Source: Adineta vaga (Eukaryota > Animalia > Rotifera). Taken from it: DNA of 64,000 nt. Every line of letters begins with the position of its first letter. Positions within the stretch are counted from its first letter, which is position 1. This document shows positions 1-12,917 of the stretch, in pieces. A program made the position numbers and the translations under genes. The notes beneath the pieces are model-generated. The model worked only from the letters and a program-made list of their open reading frames with translations, was not told the DNA's origin and did no database searches. The stretch covers positions 1,426,001-1,490,000 of the forward strand of contig CP075492.1 in assembly GCA_021613535.1 (NCBI GenBank), given 5' to 3'.

Positions 1-604
1 GTGTGATAAAGTAATTCTAATATGAACAATTCCATTTCGACATTTATCTTTACTATCGAAATAAACCGATACATTATATTGTGTTTCACCATACTATCAA
101 TAAACAATACATATATATTTATATCTATATAGAAAGAGATTTTGATATAGACTTTCAAAAAAGTAAACGATCTCTCTCTTCACTGAATCATTGGATAATA
201 CTCGAATATTTTCAGATAAGAATGATTTACCTAATTTTTTATTCGAAATGTAAATACAAAATATTATTTCTATGCACATGGTTTTTGTTAGAATAATGAT
301 AACAAAACAATATTTTTTATTGATCATCGCAACGAATAAATAAGGAACGGAAAAAAAAGTATTAACATTTACGGTTGTTTTTGTTCACCTTTTATATCGT
401 ATCGAATGATTTTTTCTTCTGTCATTTGATTTGATATAGAGTATTGGATGTACTTTTATGATTATCGTAGATAAAAATGAATCAAACTCAAATACATAAC
501 ATATTATTCACTTGTTTTTCTTCTCTTTTGTTTATTCGATAGAAATATTCTGGTTTGTTAAAAACATTTTGTTTTTCTCGTTATATATTTTAGATAAATT
601 CAAT

Positions 605-3600
605 ATGAACGAAGTATAATATGATTTTTGATTTAAAATAAAAAAAAAAAGAAAAAGAAATTTATTATTTAGATTGAAATGATTTCTATTCATAATTCAA
701 TTCAATCGAACGAACAACAAACAACTATCGAAATAGATAAAATCTCAGAATTACTTTCTGATGATAAAGAAAATATAACAGACGATAACGACAATAAGAT
801 GGATGATTCGACTCAAATATCAACATCATCTTGGAATCTGTATGTTTATTTTCATTTTCATCAATGATTCTATTCTTCTTCTTCTTTAAGAGAATGTTTT
901 GGTTTGAAAATATCAAGTTCAATTATTGGTACATTTGTATTTTCATTTTTATTACTTGTTATGATGACAATTGGTATTATTATTGTTTATCTCAATGTAC
1001 CAAAACCAAAGGGTTTGTCCTTTTTATTTGATTTAATTCTAATGAAGAAATTTAATATCTTTTTCTTTTGATTTAATTAAGAATTAAAATGTGAATTGAA
1101 TTTTGTAAAAACAAATTCCAATCCAATTGAATATAAATATGGTCCAAAATCTGTTGCTATTGGTGATTTTAATGATGATAGTTGGATTGATATGGTAATC
1201 TGTAATTCAATGATAAATAATATTGCGATTTATTTCGGATCAATGGATGGAACATTTTCCAAACAATTTCAATATTCAACAGGAATTAATTCAAATCCAA
1301 CAATGGTCGCTGTGAATTATTTAAATAATGATTCTTATTTGGATATTGCAGTAACAAATTATGGAAGACATTCAATTGGAATATTTTATGGATTTGGTAA
1401 TGGATCTTTTAAAGATTCAATTGAAATCTCAACAGGAATATCACGACCATTAACAATTAATTTAATTGATTTAAATAATGATTCATTATGTGATATTATT
1501 ATTATTAATTATGGAACAAATAGTTTTAGTATTTTCTATGGAGATGAAAATGAAATATATTCAAAATCGATGACTTATTCAACTGGTTATGATTCTTATC
1601 CATATTCATTAACTATTGAAGATTTAAATAATGATAATCAATTAGATATTATTATTGCAAATTATGGAACAAATAATATTGGAATTTTCTTTGCTAATCA
1701 AAAAAATAATTCATTTCATGATCAAATACTTATTTCAATGGGTATTAATTCTCATCCAACTTCAGTTGCTGTTGGAGATTTAAATTCTGATCAATTTATT
1801 GATATTGTTGTAACAAATTCTGGTATAAAAATGATATGTGTATTATTAAATGATGGAAATGGAACTTTCTCAAAACAAAAATTCTATTCAACAGGTTCAG
1901 TTTTACCATATTCAATTGGAATTGAGGATTTTAATGGAGATAATCGATTAGATTTATTTATTATTAATATTGGACTAAATAATACTGGTTTATTTCTTGG
2001 TTATGGAAATGGAAGTTTTCAAGAAGGAAGAATGAATTCAACGGGATCATCTTCATCGATTTCATTTGCTTTATATGATTTTAATAAAGATAAACGATTA
2101 GATGCAATTATTATCAATAATGATACGGGAAGTATTGATATTCTTAAAGGTTATTTTGAAGGTTTTCCATCTCGTACAACATTTAATGTTCAATATCCAC
2201 CAATCTTTGTAACTGTTAGTGATTTTAATAATGATGCAATACTAGATATAATACTTGTTAGTAACACGAATAATACAATGATGATTCGACTTGGACGTAG
2301 TGATGGATCATTTGGAACTCAAAGAACATATTCAACTGGTACTAATCCAACTTCCATAGCTGTTGGTGATTTTAATAATGATACGAAAATGGATGCAGTT
2401 GTTACTAACGTTAACAGTGGAAATGTTTATGTATTTCGTGGAAATGGTAATGGGTCATTTATAAGACAACAGATAATTTCAACTGGTTCTGGTCCAATTT
2501 CTGTAGTTGCTGCTGATTTGAACAATGACAAACGATTAGATATCGTTGTTGCTAATTATGGTAACAATACTGTAAGTATTTTATTAGGATTTGGAAATGG
2601 TTCCTTTGCAAATCAAATGACATATTCAACGGGTTCTAGACCACGATCTGTTGCTGCAAGTGATTTCAATAATGATCATTATCTTGATCTAGTTGTTGCC
2701 AATTATGATAATAGAACTATTAGTATTCTTCTTGGTTATGGTAATGGAAGTTTTGCAAATCATTTCACATATCCAACTGGTTATAAACCGTACTTTGTTA
2801 CAATTGGAGATTTCAATAAAGATACTCAAATAGATATTACTGTTGCCAATTATGGTAGTAGCACTGTGAGTATTCTGTTAGGATATGGAAATGGAAGTTT
2901 CACACCGCAAGTCATATATGGAACGGGTACTCAGCCAACATCTATAAGTATTGGAGACATGAATAACGATACACAATTGGATCTTGTTGTGGCTTGCATT
3001 AATGTAGCGAATGTTTATATTTTATTTGGATACGGAAATGGTTCGTTTCATGATGCAATATCGTACAATACAGGCGCATATTCATATTCTGTTGCCATTG
3101 GAGATTTGAATAATGATACACGACTGGATATAATTGTAACAAATGAAAATAATAATTATATAAGTGTATTATTTCAATATAACAGAGGTGCCCTTCTAAA
3201 TGAATTGACTTATGCAGCTGGTGGAGGTTCGAAATTACGATCGTTAGTCGTTGGTAATATAAATAATGATACTCGATTAGATATTATTGTTGCTAATTAT
3301 GGTACTAATGATGTTGGTATTCTTTTTGGACAAGATAATGTTACTTTTCTAGATCAAATAATGTTTAATATGGGTTCGAATTCTCAACCATCATCCATTA
3401 CTACTGGTCATTTTAATGATGATATCTACTTGGATATTGCTGTAGCTCTTTCTGGTCCTAATCAAGTTGGATTATTACTTGGAAATGGCCATGGATCATT
3501 TACTCATCAAGCAACTTATCAAATTCCTTCTATATTTCCTCCGTTCATTGTCTCCGCTAGTGATTTCAATAATGATGGACAATCAGAAATTATTGTCGGA

Positions 3601-5283
3601 TACGATGACAGTGATACTATTGATATGTATGTTATATATAATACTGGATCGTTTACACTTCATGAAACATATCCAGTTGGTTTACGTCCAAGATACCTCT
3701 GCTTGGACTATGTTAATAATGACACTTACATTGATATTGTTGTTGTTAACTATGATTCTGATGATATAAATATTCTCCTTGGATATGGTAATGGTAGTTT
3801 TGCACAACCATTGACCTATTCAACTAGTGCTCGGCCAAATTCTGTTGCTGCTAGTGATTTTAATAACGATAATCAAGTAGATCTAGTTGTTACTTATGGT
3901 GGTACGAATTATGTGACTATATTGTTAGGATATGGGAATGGTAGTTTTGCAAATCCAATGACATATTCAATTGGCTCTGACTCATTATCTTCAACTGTGG
4001 GTGATTTCAACAATGATACAAAACCGGATCTAGTTGTAGTCGCTGGAAATGGCAACATCATTTTGTTCCGAGGAGATGAAAATGGTACTTTCTCAAATGG
4101 AATTAAAATTGCAACTACCAACGATCCACGATACGTGATTGCAGCTGATTTTAATAACGACAGTCGTTTGGATTTTGCACTTGCTAATTATGGTTCTGAT
4201 AATGTAGGCATCTTTATTGGTTATGGTAATGGTTCTTTTGCAAAACAAGTAACATATTCAGTTGATTCCAATCCATTTGTATTAGCGGTTGGAGATCTAA
4301 ACAATGATAATCGCCTAGATATTGTTGTAGGTACATTAGGTCATCGTACCATTACTATCCTTCTTGGCTATGGTAATGGTTCTTTTGCAGATAAAACAAT
4401 CTTTCCAGCTGGTATTCTGCCAGAATCCGTAGATATTGGTGATTTTAATCTTGACGGTTTTCCAGATATAATTGCTGCCAATCTTGGCGAGAATTCTGTC
4501 AGTGTATTGTTAGGATATGGTAATGGAAGATATGCATCGCAAATTAAATATACAACTGGTTCTGGTGCACAGTCTCTCGCTATTTTTGATTTGAATAATG
4601 ACACTCAGCTTGATATTGTCGTTGCCAATGCAGGTGATTGCAATGTAGTTGTCATGTTTGGTTCTCCAAATTTAGTCTTCAGAAATCAAACAAAGCTCTC
4701 AACGGGTAAAAGTTCACAATCACGATCATTCGTTATTAATGATTTTAATAATGATAATTATACAGATATTATCGTCGCTAATTCAGGCACTAATAATATT
4801 GGTGTTTTTCTTGGATATGGAAATTTCTCTTTCACAAATCAAACAACATATTCAACTGGTAATAATTCTTCTCCATATTCTATTGCAACTGGTCATTTCA
4901 ATAATGACACTTATCTAGATATTGTTAGTGCAAATTCAAATTCAGACAATATTGGTATTTTTCTTGGTTATGGAAATGGTTCATTTACAAATCAAAGAAT
5001 ATATTTCACGGGTTCATCTTCATATCCTTATTCTTTAGATATTGCTCATTTTAATAATGATACGATATTTGATATTATTGTTGTTAATTATTATAATAAT
5101 AAATTTGGAGTCTTTCTTGGACATGGTGATGGAACATTTGATAATATCATTTTCTTTTCGATGCCATATGGATCGAATCCATTCTCAATCATTGTTGCTG
5201 ATTTTAGTCAAGATGGAAAAATGGATTTTGTGGTTGCAAATAATGGTACAGACAATTTAAATATTTATCTACAAACTTGTTAA
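605..5283 (+). CDS. Type II membrane protein with 28 FG-GAP/VCBS repeats (about four 7-bladed propellers); exons 605-613, 673-839, 891-1012, 1082-5283
   Basis: GT-AG introns join MNE|IEMISIH..SSWNL|ECFGLK-TM(IIGTFVFSFLLLVMMTIGIIIVYL)-NVPKPK|ELKC in frame to ORF 1096-5283. I counted 28 D(F/L)NxDxxxD-type motifs with GxGNGSF turns. The micro-exon at 605 is less certain than the ATG at 679. Confidence 0.88.
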
Positions 5284-5865
5284 TATTTTTTCCTATTTAT
5301 TCTAATAAATCTTTGAAGCACAGTTGTATGATTATATAGATGAAATTTAATTCGAGTTGCAAATATCGAATTGATCATTATTACATTTGATATAAAAATA
5401 TTTCTGAGCAATAGAATTTCGTTGAGATTTCAATTCAAGACTTTCAACTGATAAACCATGAGATCTATTACATGTTATATAATTTGAAACATTTTTAAAT
5501 GAAACACAACTACCTGTATGAAAAATATCGGTATTTGTAGATCGGTTTGATGATGTTGAAACTGCATTTAGAATTAGATCAGAAAATTCTACATTTATCG
5601 AACTATTCGTCACTGAGAAAAACTACAGTGATGGATTGATTATTGTTTCCGAAAAAATTTGTTCATTTCCATCAATTAATCGTGAATTAATATTTGATAA
5701 AAGACAAAACGCTATTTTTCATTTCCGATATTGAAGATCGTCAAATATTTTAAGAATTTCTATTATCCGCATGTGTGTCCTGACTTTTTTTTGTGTAGAT
5801 CACACATGTGGTAAAAAATAAAAATAAAATAAAATATTTATATAAAAAATTAAAGAAAGAGATCC

Positions 5866-7067
5866 TCATTCTTTATATATTATTAAATATGTGAATATTG
5901 TTTTGATAGAAATAATTATTAAAGGTAATGAATTTAAACGATTTGCCGACGATGAAAAACATGGTTGATTATTAATAATTGAAAACATCATAATACGTTC
6001 ATTAATTCGATCACAAACATAAAGATTTCCATTGTTATCAAATGTAATATCGTCTGGTTCATCGAATTGAGTAAGATTATCACCACGATCTAGCAAAAGA
6101 AAAATTTCCTTAATTATCTTTGTTCTTATTCTACATAATATTCATCTGCATACCTAATCCACCAGCAATAGTTTCACCAATAGATGCATTATATAGCCAA
6201 CGTTGAATTCGTTGATTCGATGTATCAACTATATACACAACTTGGGTATCGTCATCAATCCATACACTAGTTGGACGTTCTAACGATTCTTTGTCACTAC
6301 CTGCTTGTCCATTGCTAAGTCCAGCTACAGTTGTACCATTCGATGCGTCGAATAACCACTTTTGAACTCGATTATTAGCATAATCAGCAACATAAATTGC
6401 ACTATGAATGCTATCGACATAAATACCTTCAGGAGAGTTCAAATTATCGCTTGATGAACCCGAATAATATTCTTTACCAGCAACAACTGTTGTAATATTT
6501 GTTTGAAGTGACCATTTGTACACACAATGTTTACTAGCCGATGACATATAAACATTTTTCTCATTGTCAACCCAAACACCCTCACAGAAAGAACATGAAC
6601 CTCCTACTTGTACACCCTCGGATTCACCCTCAATCCATTTTCTAACACGTCCCTCACCTCCAAGTGCAAGGTAAATGGTAGGTTTATTATTTTCATAATC
6701 AACATAGATATCTGTCACATATCGAACATTGGAAATGACAGTTACACCTATTTTTGATAAGTTATCCATTGAGAACTTTTGTATGCGATTATTTTCAGTA
6801 TCAGCTACATACAATGTGTTTGTTTGTTTATGGAAAAAGATTCCTTGTGGTTGAGCTAATTGATCAGATTTGTTACCTCTTTCTCCGGTACCGGCTACGA
6901 TCATACCTGTTGTGTTCCATTTTGCACAAGGACTTAACACTAACGATCTTGTTGATGATAACCAACATACAAAAGCAACTTAAAAAATGAAAAATACAAG
7001 TCTTAATAAAATTCATTACTATAAACTTACAAGTGAAAAGAATATACGTCGGCATTGAAGAAGACAT
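5866..7067 (-). CDS. Secreted or surface NHL-repeat beta-propeller protein; exons 7067-7031, 6978-6154, 6089-5866
   Basis: Splicing gives signal-like MSSSMPTYILFTFAFVCWLSSTRS, then NHL repeats (LAQPQGIF..LYVADTENNRIQKF; LNSPEGIYVD..IYVADYANNRVQKW) and a hydrophobic C-terminal tail. Confidence 0.85.
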
Positions 7068-7273
7068 GAGCAATGTGAAGTAAATATGAAAGTTTTAAAA
7101 TTATCACAGTATGAAAGCTTTTTTTTGCTGACGGCTCCAAATAATACTGATAAGGTGATATCTATATGCATATGTCATCTATACACAACAAATATGAAGA
7201 ACTTGAAAAGAAGGATTTTATGTGTTATACCGATCTTCGGGAGATTCGATTTCACCACATATATTAAGGCAAG

Positions 7274-7364
7274 ATCTGAGAGTGGGCATATTAGGCACAA
7301 CCATAGTGTTGATTTTTCTATGTGGGGGAGTATATATTCACATGCACAATCACACCCTCAAGAT
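7274..7364. repeat. Copy of dispersed short inverted-repeat element (ATCT(T)GAG..CACACCCTCAAGAT)
   Basis: Right end CACACCCTCAAGAT matches the 59451-59524 element. Internal AGTATATATTCACATGCACA is shared with the copy at about 11413-11475. Confidence 0.6.
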
Positions 7365-8691
7365 GAACAAAATCCTTTTTCAGTTTTGGGACAAAAAATG
7401 GTGTTTGTTTTTCTTTCAAATATTTTTTTCACTTCGTTTCAATCATGATGATGTCAGTAAGAACCTTTTTTTTATTATATAAACTACATTCGGATACGTG
7501 CATTCTTAATCTCTTGAATACTGCTGTCTTTAGACTGAAGAAAGATTGACAGACAAAATGAAATATAAAGAGAGTGTTTTTTTTTATTTTTCTTCTTCCG
7601 TTCTGTCAGAATAAAAAAGTTGTCGATACATATACAAGAGATTAACATAATGTAGAAATAATAGAAAGTTTCATTTGTTTGCTATACGCTTTTGAAGAAG
7701 ACGGGATAGAATAAAATATGAAATAGAAATGACATCTAATAATCATCCATGTAAAAATGAGAACTACTTCTCTGTTCGTCGCTCTTATGTAATCAAAATA
7801 TGCATGTGATGGTCAGTTTATGAGATTGATTCTTTTTTTGTTCATCTTTTCCCGAACTCATAGTGACTGTTAGCTCGCTATTTTTTTTGTCTACTAAGAC
7901 AAAATTCATTACTGACAGTCAATAACAAGTGTTGTCGGTAGGTTGTGTAATAGACTTTTATTATCAAACTAACACTAGGTGATTTATTTTTTCTAAATTC
8001 TTTTTTTTATTATTATTGCTATATTTGTATTTGTATGAAGTTCTTTCTTTCTCTTCTCATAACAAAGACATGGTAAAAACAGAAAAACGCACTAAGAAAA
8101 AACAAAAATCAACGTCTATTTGTTTTATGAAAATAAAGGAGAAAAAAAGGAGATGAGAGTCGAATAAAATATGCGAATGAGAGAATGCAGTATGTGAGAC
8201 GAATGAATAATAACAGAACAGAAAATATATAATAAACTATAACTCAAAAACATGGTAGTCCACTAAACAGTCAAGTACAGTAAAAGTAACAGAAGATAAT
8301 ATATCGTCTCGATCAAGAACATGTTTTTACCTAATAATTGAATATGAAAGTAAAAGATTTTTTTTGCACAGAGAAGGAATTAACATACGAATATTTTGTG
8401 AGGAATGTTAAGCTTTCGTTTGCATTCCAAATGAAAAAATGACTGAAGTTTTTCTATAAAATTGATTTTGTAACACTTTTGATGCGTAATGTATCAATAA
8501 TGAACAAATGCTATTCAATATAACAAAATATGATTTTATTTATATTTAGATCTTTAACCAGTTATTGTCATCAATCTTTCCTTTTTTCATTTTAATTATT
8601 TATTATTAATCAAAATATTAAAAAAAATTAAGAAGGGACTTACGATAGAAATAAGAGCAATACAAAAACGCATCTGTTAGAAATCGAGAAA

Positions 8692-10641
8692 ATGGCTTCA
8701 AGAAGAATATTACATACACGCTCTCGTGATTCACTGTATGATCAAACTGAAAATATAAGCAGCAGAATGAATTTCGTTATTTTGGACATTGATGATAATC
8801 CATTTATAATAATTGATCCACGATTTCAAGTTAAAGTTTTCACAAAAGACGAGATTGATAAGTTTTTGAATTATATCGTATCTGAAAGCAAAGATATATA
8901 TTTATTTATATCTCATATTTGTAGTAATACATTTATGCCAATGATTAATAATTATCCACAAATAAAATCAATTTATATTTTATCCAATAAAGAACTCTAT
9001 CAAAGCTATTCTTGTGAAGAAGATAAGGTACGAGGAGTTTTTACAAACATAGACGAGATGATAGAACAATTTCGTCAAGACGCCAATAAATCAAACTATA
9101 TATATTATTCAGAAGAAAGTACATTTCGGCATATAGATAAGCAAAGTGCTCAAGTACTATGGTGGAAATTATTTGATAAATTTATTCAATATATTCAATA
9201 CACAGACATGGCTAGAAATGAATTTATTGATTTTGCTAGAGAACAATTTGTGGAGAACCAACTTCAATTAAGGCATATTGAAGATTTCGAGAACACTTAT
9301 AAATCATATGAAGCTATTTATTGGTATACTCGTGATACTTTTCTCTATCGTTTAGTGAACAAAACGCTTCGGACATATAGAAACTTAAATAATATATTTA
9401 AACTTCGACTTGTCTTAAATGATATTATGTCTGGATTGAAAACGGCAGGGTCAGATTTTCATCAATTGGGTGTTGATTGTATTACTGTGTATCGGGGTCA
9501 AATAGTGCGTAAAGAAGAATTAGAAGAATTGAAATCAAAAGTTGGTGGATTATTGTTTTTCAATCAATTTCTATCGGCAACCTTAGACTCATCCATTGCA
9601 GCAGAATTTGCTAGAGCTACGTATGAAGATCCATCAAAAGAAGGTTTATTATATGAAATTGAAATCGACTTACCCACTATGAATACTGATCTAACTCCAT
9701 TTGCATATATTTCACAATATAGTTCTTTTGCAGAGGAGCGTGAAGTTTTAATATCAATGCATTCACTATTTCTCATTGAAAATATAGAATTATATGACAA
9801 TTTTTGGGTACTTAAATTAAAAATTGTGAATGGTATATGGGATGCAGACTTCGACGAAAGAAGTATTTTTAGTCAACAGTCATATGAAATACCTATTCGA
9901 CATCTACCTAACGAACATAAACAATTTATTGTTTTTCAATTAATTTTGGATATTTTACTTCGATTAGATCAAACATTATATGCTAAAAAAGAACTTTTAC
10001 AGTTCTCAAGATCAAAATATGAAAATGATCCAATGGAGCTAAAAAAAATTGATGATTTTGAAAACTATTATGAGTCAGAACATGCTGTTAAATGGTATAC
10101 AAAAGATAGTTTTCTATACCGCTTATTAAATACATCACTTCGTATCCAAACAATTGATCATATTGTTAAAATGAGATATTTTATTCATGATTTGCATAAT
10201 CAATTAGCAGAATTACAAGATGATTTTATTAAATCATTAGATGGGTTAAAATTTTTCACATTATATAGAGGTTTACCAATGAAAGTCAATCAATTAAATG
10301 AACTAAAAGAAAATCTTAACAACCTCATGTCAATTAATAGTTTTATGTCAGCGACTCAAGATATAGAGGTGGCTGCTGCATTTTCCGGTAATGGTATTAC
10401 AACTGAATCCGATGAAATATCAGTAATATATGATATGATGATTGATACAAATATTCGATCAACACCATATGCTAAAATAAAAGGCGTGATGGAAGATGAA
10501 GAAGAAATATTATTTTCCATTGGATCTGTTTTTCGTATTGGACCAGTTGAAGAAATGCGCGATCGTGTCTATTCTGTGAAATTAACAATGGTTCATATAG
10601 AAGATGAAACGTGGAATAAATTAACAGCACATTTAGATTAA
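8692..10641 (+). CDS. Protein with two tandem R-S-E class ADP-ribosyltransferase-like domains
   Basis: 649-aa ORF with an internal duplication: AIYWYTRDTFLYRLVNKTLR..VYRGQ..FLSAT..EEREVL and AVKWYTKDSFLYRLLNTSLR..LYRGL..FMSAT..DEEEIL. Confidence 0.8.
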   Translation: MASRRILHTRSRDSLYDQTENISSRMNFVILDIDDNPFIIIDPRFQVKVFTKDEIDKFLNYIVSESKDIYLFISHICSNTFMPMINNYPQIKSIYILSNKELYQSYSCEEDKVRGVFTNIDEMIEQFRQDANKSNYIYYSEESTFRHIDKQSAQVLWWKLFDKFIQYIQYTDMARNEFIDFAREQFVENQLQLRHIEDFENTYKSYEAIYWYTRDTFLYRLVNKTLRTYRNLNNIFKLRLVLNDIMSGLKTAGSDFHQLGVDCITVYRGQIVRKEELEELKSKVGGLLFFNQFLSATLDSSIAAEFARATYEDPSKEGLLYEIEIDLPTMNTDLTPFAYISQYSSFAEEREVLISMHSLFLIENIELYDNFWVLKLKIVNGIWDADFDERSIFSQQSYEIPIRHLPNEHKQFIVFQLILDILLRLDQTLYAKKELLQFSRSKYENDPMELKKIDDFENYYESEHAVKWYTKDSFLYRLLNTSLRIQTIDHIVKMRYFIHDLHNQLAELQDDFIKSLDGLKFFTLYRGLPMKVNQLNELKENLNNLMSINSFMSATQDIEVAAAFSGNGITTESDEISVIYDMMIDTNIRSTPYAKIKGVMEDEEEILFSIGSVFRIGPVEEMRDRVYSVKLTMVHIEDETWNKLTAHLD

Positions 10642-10876
10642 ACTAAACTACATATAGTTAGTTGCTAATATTTAATTTAAGTTGATCTATACTAAAACCT
10701 ATATGTTTTTCTGTGTAGATTTAAAAACTATAATTAATATTCAATAAAATAATTGATTTATGTTCTAGTGAACAAAACTGCTTTAAAAGTATAGTTTAAT
10801 AGTTATGTCTGATTTCCTAGCGGCTGCTGCTGATGATGTTCATGATTTCATTTCAAATAGCTTCGCCATAACACAT

Positions 10877-10897
10877 TCACACCCACACCCTCAAGAT
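10877..10897. repeat. Solo end of the inverted-repeat element (TCACACCCACACCCTCAAGAT)
   Basis: Reverse complement reads ATCT-TGAGGG-TGTGGG-TGTGA. Confidence 0.55.
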
Positions 10898-11239
10898 GGA
10901 CTGCACTAGATTGTATTGAATAATTCGAAATAAAATGCAGCTTCTTTAACGGCTACAACAATATCACGCACAGTCTATATCACACACATAAAAACTAGAT
11001 ATATAGACTCAACAGCATATCCAATGATTCCTGGTAAATTTCCTCAATATCTGATGAATGCTCGTAGGGGTATCCAAATCCTAAATGTGACAGACTTATC
11101 AGCATCTGTTCTGTTTTCGCTCATATTTTACATGATATTGAAGTACAAGCGCGATTCACATATTGATTGCGTCAAATAACTAACTAGATTTAAGAGAAGT
11201 GTCCTACCAGTTTGGAGCCCATCAACACAATAGTCACTT

Positions 11240-11410
11240 ATGCAGATTGATCTCTGAAAAAGTAAACGGTGCTTGTAATTCTTGAAAAATTCGGATTTCA
11301 AGACTTTGAAGATTGCTTTTGCATTTGAGTCTAGCAAAAACCACCCATTTATGTAGATTGATCTCTGTAGAAAAAACGTGATTGTAATTCTAAACAAATC
11401 CGAATTTTTG
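11240..11410. repeat. Imperfect direct repeat, about 110 bp period
   Basis: ATGCAGATTGATCTCTG..TTGTAATTCT..AAATTCGGATTT versus ATGTAGATTGATCTCTG..TTGTAATTCT..AAATCCGAATTT. Confidence 0.5.
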
Positions 11411-11674
11411 AAATTTGAGTGTGGGTATGGATCTCCCTAGTATATATTCACATGCACACTCACATCCATACCTACAGCCTTTTCTTGTTAATTCGCTTTC
11501 TTTATTGTGATATTCAGTTTTCAGTTATATTAAAGGAAAAAATGTGAGAGATAGAGGGAAAAAAAAGAAAGAAAATAAGGATGTTTATTGATAGTGAAGA
11601 GAGAAAGCGAAATAATATAATTCAGAACAATGAATATCTCTAGTACTGATATGTATTTTCATATATGTAGAAAT

Positions 11675-12917
11675 TTAAGCTGTTGATGAAGTAGATACTG
11701 ATTGTATTCGTCTATCTTTTTCCTCCAAAAGTTGTTTTACGTCTGACGAAATATCATTGTCTCGGAGCCAAAGCTGTTTGACTGTCTATATATAAAATAA
11801 TAATAAAAATGAACGACGAGATCATTCGAATTACCGTATTATATGATAAGGCATCGGCAAGCTTTAGTGCACCTTTGTATCCAATTTTATTTCCACTCAA
11901 ATCGAGCATTTCCAGTTTCTGTTAGATAAGGAGATTGAGATAATCAATGGAAAAGAAAAACAAGAAATTATCGTATTCTGTTGTAGGGTAGTAGAGAAAT
12001 ACTGTGTTCCTTCGTCTCCAATTTCATTGTTCCAGAGATGCAGTGTGGTGAGTGTCTGCATGAATAGGTAATAATATAAAGGCTACATACAAAGAAAAAG
12101 ATCTATCCGATTGTATTGCAAAGCGTTTGCAAGATATTCTGCTCCTTTACTCGTAACTTTGTTGTAGATAAGATTTAGTGTAGTCAATCAATCAGTCAAC
12201 ACTTACTGGTTTTATGTAAAGTCAAATCTCACGATATTTTGGAACATAACAGCAAGTAACAATGCAGTGCTTATCTTGGAGATAAAACAGTGCTCGAAAT
12301 GGATTCGAGAGGACGATACGGTTGATTGCTGTAACATTTGTACGAAAAGAAAAATTGAAATTGAGTTAATACAGATAGTTTGTTTGTAATGAAGTCGTAC
12401 CAAAAAGAGCCGTTAAATATATAATCATATGTTTGCCGTGAAGAGATTAATTTCAGATTTTTCAGTGAAGGTATTCCTATCAGCATGAGTGCAAAGTCGT
12501 CTAGCGAGATCGAATAATTATTGATAGTCATCGACTGCAAAGAAGAATGAGACGAAGATGTGAGTGACAAGGATTTTTTATCATACACATTTTCAAAATG
12601 GCATTGTCACATGACCAATGTTCGTAAATTGGGTAAATCACGAAGAATATTCAGATATTCATCATAGTTACAATCTTGAGTTTCTAAATAAACCAAATTC
12701 CATCGATCTGGCCATTTTATATATTCTTTCTTATAATCTATGTTATTCATCGATAACTTGCGAAGATTACATTTAAGTTGAGTTTTAATCGACTATATGT
12801 TTTAACAATATTGTTAAATCTTTTGCAAATTAAAGACATTGTTAATAGAATTGTTTTATAATCACAATAATCAAATATTTGATGAATAACTTCCGGAGGA
12901 AGAATAACGAGAGACAT
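11675..12917 (-). pseudogene. Degenerate F-box plus RI-like LRR gene
   Basis: F-box MSLVILPPEVIHQIFDYCDYKTILLTMSLICKRFNNIV is followed by a stop and frameshifts. 28-aa LRR exons follow (TLTTLHLWNNEIGDEGTQYFSTTLQQNT; KLEMLDLSGNKIGYKGALKLADALSYNT). Two expected GT donors read AT. Confidence 0.75.

Noticed and set aside
3467-5260. Alternative-frame and antisense ORFs inside the FG-GAP exon, and similar ones inside the ART, desaturase, CAP and SABATH genes
   Set aside because: Shadow ORFs of real coding sequence with no independent motifs.
7086-7482. 120-aa and 86-aa ORFs
   Set aside because: They overlap the NHL promoter region and a repeat element, with no recognisable domain.
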